Source: Phoronis australis (Eukaryota; Animalia; Phoronida). From it: a stretch of DNA of 64,000 nt. The notes under the pieces were generated by a model. That model worked only from the letters and a program-made list of their open reading frames with translations, ran no database searches and was not told the DNA's origin. Positions within the stretch are counted from its first letter, which is position 1; every line of letters begins with the position of its first letter. This document shows positions 13,201 through 25,200 of this stretch, piece after piece. A program made the position numbers and the translations under genes. The stretch spans positions 265,588 to 329,587 of the forward strand of contig NMRA01000271.1 in assembly GCA_002633005.1 (NCBI GenBank), written 5' to 3'.

Positions 13201-16200
13201 AATTCGATCATTTCTGAGGTATGATGTTAGGAAACATGAATTGTTAATATACAATTTGTATTTCAGTTTTCTTTCTGAAGATGCATTTCTGTATGAAATC
13301 AAAAAAGGACTGGAAACTTTAAATTTTCAAAATAATTGTCACAGAACAACACCACAGAGAAGAAAACTAGTTTTTAAAAGCCGCGCGTAATAGGACCTGT
13401 ACACATCTAAAAACAACATTCGGTCTTATAATTGCTGCCTTAGGCCACAAGCAACAGAGAACAGAGTGTGTGTGAACTGACCATCAACAGATGTCTGCAT
13501 GCCCTTCAGCGCCCTCTCACACCACTGTGTGAACTCATCCACCGGCTTCATCACCTGGAACAATCTCTGAACAGTCTCCTGCAATAGGATATGAACTCAC
13601 ATCATCCAAGGAAACTGACTAGCCAACACTGAAGCCACATGAACACAGATGCCTTTGCAGAAATAACCCTATGAAATCAAGTCAGATCATGAAAAAACAA
13701 GATTTTCTAAAATTTGGTGGGGATACGGAGGCCTCAGTCCGAAATTACGCGAGGCACATTCAAGAAGTATTTTCCGCAAATTTGAAGTCAGCCTCCAAAT
13801 CTGCGGTTAAATTAAATTCAGCTTTCTACACAAGAACGGATGCACCGAAATTAGTAATAAAGGCCAAAATGTAGACTTCTCACACCTGTGGCCACCAGTC
13901 ACACAGATAGTTAGTTTTCCTTTATGGAGATTATTTCTGCAGTGACCTCTGGCTGAACTTAATTCACTTCGCTGAACCTGCCGAAACAACCGGCTAAGAC
14001 ATCCAATTGGTTTGTAAGCCGGTTCACCTGATGGTACCAGCGAAATGAATAAAACGCACCCTATGTGAAAATGTGTCTAGGATAGCGAGACGGATTGAAG
14101 CTACACTACCTGAACTCAACACCTGTAAATTTGGTTCCTACAGCATGTCAAGAGCATCATTCTAAGCCCACCAGTGTCGTGAATTGCCAATGGCTTTCTA
14201 TTCAGACACCTATTTAATACAACTGTTATGCCATCGGTCTTTGTTGTTTGAGGTGGGATCTTACGGTGAAGCACTATGACACAAAAAGGCAACTTCACCA
14301 ACCATTTGATGGGCCCACATTGGAGTGGTTACACCCCCAATTTCATATTTTACTAAGGCTTTGCTAGGACTATCTGGTTAGCCCAATACATATAAAATAT
14401 ACAAAATTCCGTCTGGGTACTGAATTACCTCCTCTTTCTTGGTTTTGGCGTTTTTCTGTCGGTTGGCGTTCACATTGGCTGCAGGACTAGAGGCAGATGC
14501 ACTCAGAGTGGGAAAGGCAGCATTGCTAGAAATAGAGAAAACGTTGCAGTCAACAAATTTCTTTATAATGGTCGAAAATGCACTCATTTTTCACGAAAAC
14601 CTACGGAGGACGACAGAAAAAGGAACATGGAAACTTACATCTTTTCATGCTAACACGTCATATTTATGTATGTAAACATGTAGAAAACGTGACGAAACTT
14701 TTAAAGTGGAAGGCATCCTTGCTCAAGTCAAAAGCATTCAGCACAGTTATCGGAACTGAAATTCTATGGAAAACAGCTCTCTCTGATGAGCAGACATTTT
14801 CAAAAATGTGCTCACTTCCTGTTTCGGGAACAGTCATTTCCATTTGAATTAGTTTCAGCAGGAACTGACAGAAAGAGTTAAAATAGCAAAAATATTAAGT
14901 ATAAAAATGCTGACTCACTTTTGTGCTGGTTTTCTACTGTTTGCGACCACAGCCTCATCCCAGAACCCGAGACTCGTCTTGTTCTGAGCCCAAGCGCCCT
15001 CTGTTGCCCAACCAGACTGTGAGCCCCAGGCGGCAGCTGTCCCCAGCTGCATGTTCTGTTGAGAAACGTAAACATAGCATGAGGAACAAAACAACATCTC
15101 CATCATTGATACTGTACCTCTCTTATTTTGCAGTGAATATTTCCAGAAAGACCACGGGATTACCACTGCACACCTGAGGTAGACTACATAAGGTCTTACA
15201 GACATGATGACGTCATGGGACACAAAACAAAATTCACCACCTTCACGATTAAGTCAAAGAGTGTGGTCCATTGACCAATCGTGTTGTTTCTATGTTAGGC
15301 ATAGCAGAGTTCAGAAAGTATAAACAAAGCCTTTTCAAGCCCAACACGAATAATATTGCTGTAGGCATGTTGATTATACCATGGCCCGTGACAGGGTGCC
15401 CCACAGCATTTTCAGACATGCCAATACACTGCACCCATCACTCTTCAATCTACACTCCTCACCTGCTACATGTCAACTGCTTCAGTTTTTACATATCTGA
15501 ATAGTATCTGCCAATTTGTTTTTCCACTCGACTTTGATTTGAAGTGTTGGGCTGTTACACGTCAAAATGCTTTGCCTTTTGCCATTGAAAATCCACGTAA
15601 AGAGCGCAGATTAACAGTTTCTGCCTCACACACCTGAACTAGCTAGCTATTAAACCTTCCTTCACCAAGCATTCTAGGTGGCTATTACAATTTCCCTCCC
15701 CACTCACCCTGGCTTGCTGTTACACCTTCCCTCCCCACATTCTATAGCCTGTGGTTAACACCTTCACTCCCCACTCTATCTGAGCCACAATTACAACTTC
15801 CCTAAATATTTACAAAATGTATTTTAACTTCTCCCAGCTCAATGCTGATTCTCATAGTTTTCTCAACATCACAATTTACTAAGCCAATTATGCTTTTCCA
15901 GTGCCTGCCGATTTCCCTCTTTCGAGATTGAACCCCTGCAGCTGTTTGTATACACATCTAGACGAGAGATCACGAGACTTCAAATTCCATGTGCAGACGA
16001 CTGAGCAAATTAAACAAGTAGTAAACAAGGTAGTTTTTTTCAATTCAAACACAACAAATGTTCATGTCGGCAAAAGATAACTTAACAGAAACGACGTTTT
16101 GGACTTAATCCAACATCTGCTAAAAATAGTGAAGAGGTTGGCTAATTTCAACAAAGATTTTGATCGATTAAAATCTGATTTTTTGTTATGGTACTATCCA

Positions 16201-19200
16201 CATAAGCCTTACAAGCACACACGGTAACACAGTTCAGCTTGGCCGTTGTTTCATTCAGTTTGGAGTAACCTAAGGGGGACCGAAAAATTGGGGACTCCAA
16301 CAAATTTCTTAGTGCTACGAGTCCCGCGAATCGGCTTTTGAAAGCCAGACGCCCACACTGCTACTCACCCTAGCCTGTTGATGCTGCTGCTGTCTCTGCT
16401 GTTCCTTCTCCAGCTGCCGCGCTTGCTCTTCCTGGATTTCCAGTAACGACTTGGCCACTGGCTGCTGTCCAGATCTGAAATTGCCAGCAGTACCATACGA
16501 GCGCACAAACGTACGAGGAACAGCGAATGTTCACGTTACGACCAAAGGGTGAAAAACTTGCAATTTGAACAACTTGAAAAACCCTTAAAAAAGATTACTT
16601 TAACCTTATCCAAGGCAATTAACATGATTTATTCACGATGTGAATGACCAGAATGCATTTTAGCTACATTCTGTGTAGTTGAGTGACTAAGAGATGGAGT
16701 CAATTGAGTACAAGATGTAATGCACTGCATTTTAAACAAATCAATTATAGTCATCACTGTTACTATGAAGGGAATTTTAATTAGATCGCATGTCTGATCA
16801 GAACACGCACAAACCAAGGCATCCCATCTTACGAGTAATTAACATAAAATAAAATATGCGATATAGTGGCATCCCAGCCAATCACGTGCGATCAGCACTG
16901 GCGAACAGAAGGTATCTACAAATCGGGCCATCGGAAGGTAGGCTTCTTGCGATGAGAAAGCAGATCTGTTGTCTGATTTGGGGTGAGTCAATATGAAGGC
17001 AAATCCAGTGTCGGACAAGCATTTACATGTGCCACTTTTCATGCACTAAATCAGACCACCAATATGTCAGCTTATGACGGCACGTAACTGTCATAAATGT
17101 CAGAAACTCCCCACATTTCACTACACAACTAGTCACTTACATTTGAGCTGCCCACGACTTCTGCTGATGGTGCTGTCCGTGCAGAGCCTGCATCTGTTGG
17201 CGTTGTAGTTCAGCCAGTCTTTGCTTCTGCTACAAACACACACAGACCAAAGACAATCAATAAAGCTGCTGGTAAAGAGTTTCAAGTGGAACGTGCATGC
17301 AAATTCCTTATCTCTGTTATTTCCAGGTCAAATTGGTTAGCGACGACGTAAATATGAAGTAGGTTGAAAATTGTCAAATGCTTTTAAGAACGAGTTTTGT
17401 GTCGAAAATGATCCTTCATAAATCACTCAACCGTGTCCAGTAAGTATCGTGACGTGGTGTTGGGGAATAACACTTCATGATGTGGGTTATGTGAGCCCCC
17501 AAGGTACGTCATTACACGAAAAGTCATCTATTTGCTGAATTTTTTGTTTTTACATTTAGAAGTTGTCAGTGAATACATACTGCACTTTGTTTAGCATAGG
17601 TGATGTTCAAACAGCATTGTGGTTTAGTTCTTGCTTTCCATTAGCACAGTTAGGAGCATGCAAATACATCTTTAATGTCACATACAGCGGCATCTTTAAA
17701 GATGTTCGAGATCTTATTTACCCAAACACCCACACAACTTTAAACTTTAACTCAGTAAAAGTACACGTGTTCTGAAAGTAAAGAGCCTGTGGAATTTGAT
17801 ATTTGACTTCTCATCAACTCGCCTTTGGCTGGGTCACGTGACCATGTCCGCTTAGTAAAATTTAGCAAAAGAGAACATTGACAGCAAGCAAATTAATGGT
17901 GTCAGTAACGAGATCAAGTTTTATTTGATATAAGTGTTCAAGATGAAATCTCAAAAACATTGTTACAGTTTTCTAAATTGCTTCGTTTTCGTTTTAAAAA
18001 AAGTTGGATTTTTTCAAGAAAATCATGTAAGTCCCGTTTTTCAATGGCCCTTCATGCTACAGGAAACATTTCAAAAATAATTCTAACATCGTTTTATAGA
18101 ACAGTGCATAAAGCATAGTATCTGTAAAGTTTCAACTACTTCCGAGATATGACGGTCCAAAGTTTGCCAAATTTGACTTTTTCGAGGGTCCTACATAGCC
18201 ATATGTAGACGTTGAGCTTGAAGTTAGCAATTTTGACTTGGTCAAACTAACGCACGGCTCTGACACACCCCACCTTCACAGTACACTGTTACAACTATGT
18301 CCAGTGACCGAACAATACCTGCTCTCTCTCCTTGCGCTCCTTTTCTTCTTGAAGCTGTTGTATTTGTGACAATGATAAGGTGGTCGTTCCCTGGGTGGGG
18401 CCAGCAGAGCAATTTGCCCACTGCGCTGTCGCCGGCAACTGGAAACATCCAAGAGCAATGAGAAAACACAAACACATGAAGTAGCACACTGATGTCACGA
18501 CAAAGCTCCTCCATCACTATCTCTCCCATAAAGTATTTTGAGGACACAGGATTTTAAGAGAACTAAGGCCCACCTAGGTACATACGAGAACATGTCATGT
18601 GCTGTGTGATTTTGTATGGTTTGACCCAATTAAACCCTAGAAATGGACCACAGAGTGAGATTCAGAGGCACTTGTGTATCATCTGAGATAAAACATTTTA
18701 AGTTTGCACAGCGGACACTTCGTTACTAAAAATTTTTACTAACAAATACTGATCACATGATAGGCGTGCCATGAGCAAACAGCACATTATGAGAAAAAGT
18801 CGCTTCGTTTCCCAACTTTCGAAATTGTTAAAAGTGGACGATTGATCAGCACAGACTGGACGTTGACAGTGATGACTGATTCGAGAAAGAGACTTCTCTC
18901 TCGCTACAACAGGAAATCACCACAACGCGTAGGTCATTGATTACATGATCTGGCGACCAATATGTTAAGCTAATTAATTCATGCAAAGGTTTCAGTGCTC
19001 CAATATGAGTGACATAATACACACTAGCTTTGACTTACTTAGTAACTACACCTTGCCTATTTATTTACTTTACCTGAATACTTGTACCAAAGAACAGAGT
19101 TTAGCAGAGAACACCATTTTGGTGCACTGAAATACCACAGTGGGCAAAACGCCTATTTTAATCAACACATTGGTATAGTTAGTTCAAGACTATAAGTAAG

Positions 19201-22200
19201 CTAGAAAGGTCGATGAAGAGCCTGCCTGGTTTAACACTCACTTAAAAGTTGTATTTCGCCCAGTTTAGCTGGCTAAAAAGGAAAATTGAACTAGACTTCT
19301 ACTCTAATTAAATCGGTTACGAAACATTCCACACAGTGATTAGATTCGATTTTCATTTTCCAGCCAGCTAAAGGGGATGCAGCACACCTTCAAGCTCTGT
19401 TTAGAAGAGGAGTGAATTTAGTCAACTAAAATTCCACACTGTCTGTTCACATTCCAAAACCGAGTCGTACAACTCTTCCCAGCCCCAAAGCACGGACGCG
19501 CACGACGTACCTGCATTTGAGCTAACTGTGCTTGTTGAAGGCGTCGGAGAGCATCTTGCTGTCGCTTGACTTCCTGTTGGCGTTGAGCATCCTGAAGAGC
19601 AAGCAAAAATACAGTCACAAAAAACCCCCACGGACACGAAACGTTCAAGACTCAGCGATACCGAGAGAAATATCCAGCTTGGTTTAATCTGAACTCACAT
19701 GCACTAGTCAGTGCTTGATATCTAACCACACCAACCAGTCTATTGACTGCACCACGATTTACAGACCGAGTTAGATGCAACAACAGTTGACTGCACTTGG
19801 CGTGAGATTTGTTGTTAAGACTTGACAATAGTGCTCAGGGCTTGGAATGACCTTTGACAGAAAAGAGGAAAATTTTCCAGCAGATGTATCGTTTCACAAT
19901 AGGCTTGTAGGATAGAAACGTTTTTTTTGACTCAAATAAAACGTTTTTTCATGAATCAAGTGATTCATAAAGATAAATAACATACGAAAGATGAGGAAAC
20001 TGGAAATCAAATAAAAGGAAATCCAAACCAAAAAGAGGAAATCCTCTTAAAAGAGGACAATTCCAAGCCCTGCAATGCCCACAGTACATTTCCAAACACA
20101 GCTGTCCAGTGGACCCATCTTCCATTCTTTGGGGTCATTTCAATTTATTGGGGTCCATAAACATAGTCTACAAATCACCGCATTAGTGCAGAACAATAGA
20201 CAATGTATGTTGGAGTAATGGGGCGTGTCTGGTGAGACTTTTGTTAGTCATAGTCACTTGCAAGAGCCCCGTATTTTTAGAACCTGTTTTCTCCAATCAA
20301 TAACAAGCATCAAGCTGGTTCTCAAAATACAGGACCCCTATAAGTGACCTTTGCCCTTGTAAACGGAAAATAACATTAGATAACCAAGAAGTGAAATGAA
20401 CGAATCTCATTTCTTTATTTAATACAACCTATGTTCAATAAGTGCGTCCTGGATAAGACACCAATTCAGTCCATACACGTATGTGAAGTTGGTTGCGTTA
20501 ACTGGCAAAGTAGTTTCGGGTGAACAGTGTATGCAGGTTTCTCTGTGGGCTAACTGTTGATGCACTATTTTATTTTGTAGTGCGTAAGGTTACGTCATAG
20601 TACGTGTGTCAATTGGTTAAGCTTCTTATATAACAGACTTTCCGGTACTATCTGGCCTTCTTGACATGAACCGCTATACTGGTAACGCGTACAACGCTAA
20701 CGATGTTTTATGGAGCCTAGAGCCTATATCATTGTAAGTTTATACTATTTTTTCGCATATTACCGTAGAATTCACTGGCTGTTTCTCGTATTGTGTAAGA
20801 CTGTTTAATTAGCCCATGCTGTATTACGTGGAATATCTTTATTGTATTGTAACGTGAACGCTGTATTTCCAAAGACTTATTATTCGTTATATTTGTTTCA
20901 GTGAAACCGGCCTTGTCGGACAGTAAGCATAACGTCAACCTTGTTNNNNNNNNNNNNNNNNNNNNNNNTTTCGAGGGTCCTACATAGCCATATGTAGACG
21001 TTGAGCTTGAAGTTAGCAATTTTGACTTGGTCAAACTAACGCACGGCTCTGACACACCCCACCTTCACAGTACACTGTTACAACTATGTCCAGTGACCGA
21101 ACAATACCTGCTCTCTCTCCTTGCGCTCCTTTTCTTCTTGAAGCTGTTGTATTTGTGACAATGATAAGGTGGTCGTTCCCTGGGTGGGGCCAGCAGAGCA
21201 ATTTGCCCACTGCGCTGTCGCCGGCAACTGGAAACATCCAAGAGCAATGAGGAAACACAAACACATGAAGTAGCACACTGATGTCACAACAAAGCTCCTC
21301 CATCACTATCTCTCCCATAAAGTATTTTGAGGACACAGGTTTTTAAGAGAACTAAGGCCCACCTAGGTACATAAGAGAACATGCCGAGTGCTGTGTGATT
21401 TTGTATGGTTTGACCCAATTAAACCCTAGAAATGGACGGCAGAGTGAGATTCAGAGGCACTTGTGTAGCAACTGAGATAAAACATTTTAAGTTTGCACAG
21501 CGGACACAACTTCGTTACTAAAAATTTTTACTAACAAATACTGATCACATGATAGGTGTGCCATGAGCAAACAGCACATTATGAGAAAAAGTGGTTTCGT
21601 TTCCCAACTTTCGAAATTATTAAAAGTGGACGATTGATCAGCACAGACTGGACGTTGACACAGTGATGACTGATTCGAGAAAGAGACTTCTCTCTCGCTA
21701 CAAGAGGAAATCACCACAACGTGTAGGTCATTGATTACATGATCTGGCGACCAATATGTTAAGCTTCTTAATTCATGCAAAGGTTTCAGTGCTCCAATAT
21801 GACTGACATAATACACACTAGCTTTGACTTACTTAGTAACTACACCTTGCCTATTTATTTACATTATCTGAATACGTGTACCAAAGCACAGAGTTTAGCA
21901 GAGAACACCATTTTGGTGCACTGAAATACCACAGTGGGCAAAACGCCTATTTTAATCAACACATTGGTATAGTTAGTTCAAGACTATAAGTAAGCTTAGA
22001 AAGGTCGATGAAGAGCCTGCCTGGTTTAACACTCACTTAAAAGTTGTATTTCGCCCCGTTTAGCTGGCTAAAAAGGAAAATTAAACTAGACTTCTACTCT
22101 AATTAAATCGATTACGAAATATGCCACACAGTGATTAGATTCGATTTTCATTTTCCAGCTAGCTAAAGGGGACAAAGCACACCTTCAAGCACTGTTAAAA

Positions 22201-25200
22201 TTCCAAACTGTCTGTTCACATTCCAAAACCGAGTCGTACAACTCTCCCCAGCCCCAAGGCACAGACGCGCACGACGTACCTGCATTTGAGCTAACTGTGC
22301 TTGTTGAAGGCGTCGGAGAGCATCTTGCTGCCGCTTGACTTCCTGTTGGCGTTGAGCATCCTGAAGAGCAAGCAAAAATACAGTCACAAAAAACCCCACG
22401 GACACGAAACGTTCAAGACTCGGCGATACCGAGAGAAATATCCAGCTTGGTTTAATCTGAACTCTCATGCACTAGTCAGTGCTTGATATCTAACCACACC
22501 AACCATTCTATTGACAGCACCGCCATTTACAGACTGAGTTAGATGTAACAACAGTTGACTGCACTTGGCATGAGATTTTTTGTTAAGACTCAACAATAGT
22601 ACAGTGCTCAGGGCTTAGAATGACCGATGACAGAAAAGAGGAAAATTTTCCAGCAGATGTATCGTTTCACAAATAAATAGGCTTGTAGGATAGAAACGTT
22701 TTTTTTTGTGTTGTAAAATTTAACTCAAATAAAACGTGTTTTCATGAATCAAGTGATTCATAAAGATAAATAACATACGAAAGAGGAGGAAACTGGAAAT
22801 CAAATAAGAGGAAATCCAAACCAAAAAAAGAGGAAATCCTCTTAAAAGAGGACAATTCCAAGCCCTGCAATGCTCACAGTACATTTCCAAACACAGCTGT
22901 CCAGTGGACCGATCTTCCATTCTTTGGGGTCATTTCAATTTATTGGGGTCCATAAACACAGTCTACAAATCACCGCATTAGTGCAGAACAATAGACAATG
23001 TATGTTGGAGTAATGGGGCATGTCTGGTGAGACTTTTGTTAGTCATAGTCACTTGCAAGAGCCCCGTATTTTTAGAACCTGTTTTCTCCAATCAATAACA
23101 AGCATCAAGCTGGTTCTCAAAATACAGGACCCCTATAAGTGACCTTTGCCCTTGTAAACGGAAAATAACATTAAATAACCAAGAAGTGAAATGAACGAAT
23201 CTCATTTCTTTATTTAATACAACCTATGTTCAATAAGTGCGTCCTGGATAAAACACCAATTCAGTCCATACACGTATGTGAAGTTGGTTGCGTTAACTGG
23301 CGAAGCAGTTTCGGGTGAACAGTGTATGCAGGTTTCTCTGTGGGCTAACCATTATTCAACTTAGAAAGCACGACAGTTTAACTTCCATGACGTGTTTGGC
23401 AATTTCAGGTGAGCCCACTCGTGGCTGAGGTCTCGCCATCTGGTGACTATGTTTGAGAGAATACGGTTACAAGTTGAAACGTTAGTGGCTAGCCTATACC
23501 TACCATGGGAGGGACTCCGACAGCGGTAGTATCCCGCTGAAACAAGACAGGAGTGTCAGTGGTACATACAAGCATGCAGTACACGTATCGCAGACGATTA
23601 CGTCACTACACATCAAGTGGGAACAGAGTGGTGCCTAGCTACAGGACTACAGGAGAGGCTAGAACAGCAGAGACATTGCCTCGTCAAAACACTATATTGT
23701 AGCTGCCATGCGAGTAGAGTACAGCAAAACTTGTGCAAGTCGCATCCAGAGGTTTTACACGAATAAGGCCGAATCCGACTGAAAAGAATGGGTGAACACG
23801 ATCACCCGTATTACAGGCTTTGTGCGCCGAGTTTATTGAAGAGTCGACTTACGCGAGTTCAACTTATGTGCATTTACTGTTGGAACTTAGCTAACCAGGG
23901 GGCTGTTTGACTAAAATGTAGTAACCTCAAAACATCTCGTTTTACGGAGTCTGAACGGACTGACAACCGGCCATTAAGTTTGGCACAAGTATCCGTTTAA
24001 GACTGCGTGGAAAAAACGTCTTGTGGTTGCGAGATTTTAATGAAACAAGCCTCCGGATATCAAAAAATATGTCCTACATAAACGTAACTTACTTCAGTTT
24101 GATAATACTTGTTAAGAACTGTTACAAATTAAAAAAAACAAGGAATTTAGAATTTCGAGTTGGATCATAAGTAAAAACTAAAATAAGTATCGCCAGGTGT
24201 AAGCAAGAATTCAAACGAAAAATTGGAGTTTGATGTTCCTCAAAACATAATCAACATTAAGGGCATTCCCAACTATAGCAAGCACTAATACAGCAAGCAT
24301 GCGGCCACTTAAATATCCAACAGTTTCTCTCACCAAGCATGCGTCGAACACACGTAAGCTCTGCCTCACCTGTCGACGACGTAGCTCCTCCTGAGCCTGT
24401 CGTTCAAGCTCCGCCTCCCGTTGCTGCTGCCGCTCTTGAAGTTCCCGTTGCTGTCGTAGTAGTTCATACTTGCGCTTTCCCTCGGCTTCCGCCTCGCGCC
24501 TCTTACGTTCTTCTTCCTCACGACGCCGTGCTTCCTCTTGCGCCTACGACGTACCAGAACATGTTTAGGACTGGGGCTAATTGACTGAAGAATCACTGAT
24601 AACAATTACAATTGAATGTTTAGTAAGAATTTGGCCCCGGCCTTAATTTTCCGACCCCACAAGACCCGTCTGCTCCCTCAGCCACTCTGTGTGTGATATT
24701 CTCTCAGTCACCTCAGTCCCTCACCCAGGCCCCCACTCCAACACCCCCCCTCCTCCACCCACCTCTTTTTCCAGCTGCCTCCACCTATCAGCATCCTGCC
24801 GTGCCATCACCTCTTACTGTCACATCAGTCTCCTACTGTCACATCAGTCTCCCTCTGTCTCAACCCCTCTCTCCATTTCACGCTAATGCTCCAGTTAAAT
24901 CAGTCTCCAATCACACCATTTCCCCTACAGTCACCTCAGTCCCTCTCTCAACACCCCCCACCACAACACCCTCTTACCTTCACCCGCATGTTCTCCAGCG
25001 ACATCTCGCTTCTCAACCTCCCACCAAACCATCACCCCAACATCACCTCAGCACCCCACCACAGCACCCCNNNNNNNNNNNNNNNNNNNNNNNNNNNNNN
25101 NNNNNNNNNNNNNNNNNNNNNNNNNNNNNNNNNNNNNNNNNNNNNNNNNNNNNNNNNNNNNNNNNNNNNNNNNNNNNNNNNNNNNNNNNNNNNNNNNNNN

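Larger units (their letters stand above)
18180..23349. other. Tandem duplicated block (18180-20554 vs 20969-23349), probable uncollapsed haplotypes
   Basis: Colinear near-identical copies separated by an insertion and an N gap (20946-20968). Confidence 0.85.

Noticed and set aside
14783-14815. CTGATGAG hammerhead-ribozyme-like core
   Set aside because: No properly placed GAAA or three-stem junction.
14816-14864. 49-nt AG/GT-bounded segment between GIGYF exons 22 and 23
   Set aside because: Would need a 54-nt upstream intron and gives an immediate in-frame TGA; exons 22 and 23 already join in phase. A poison exon cannot be fully excluded.
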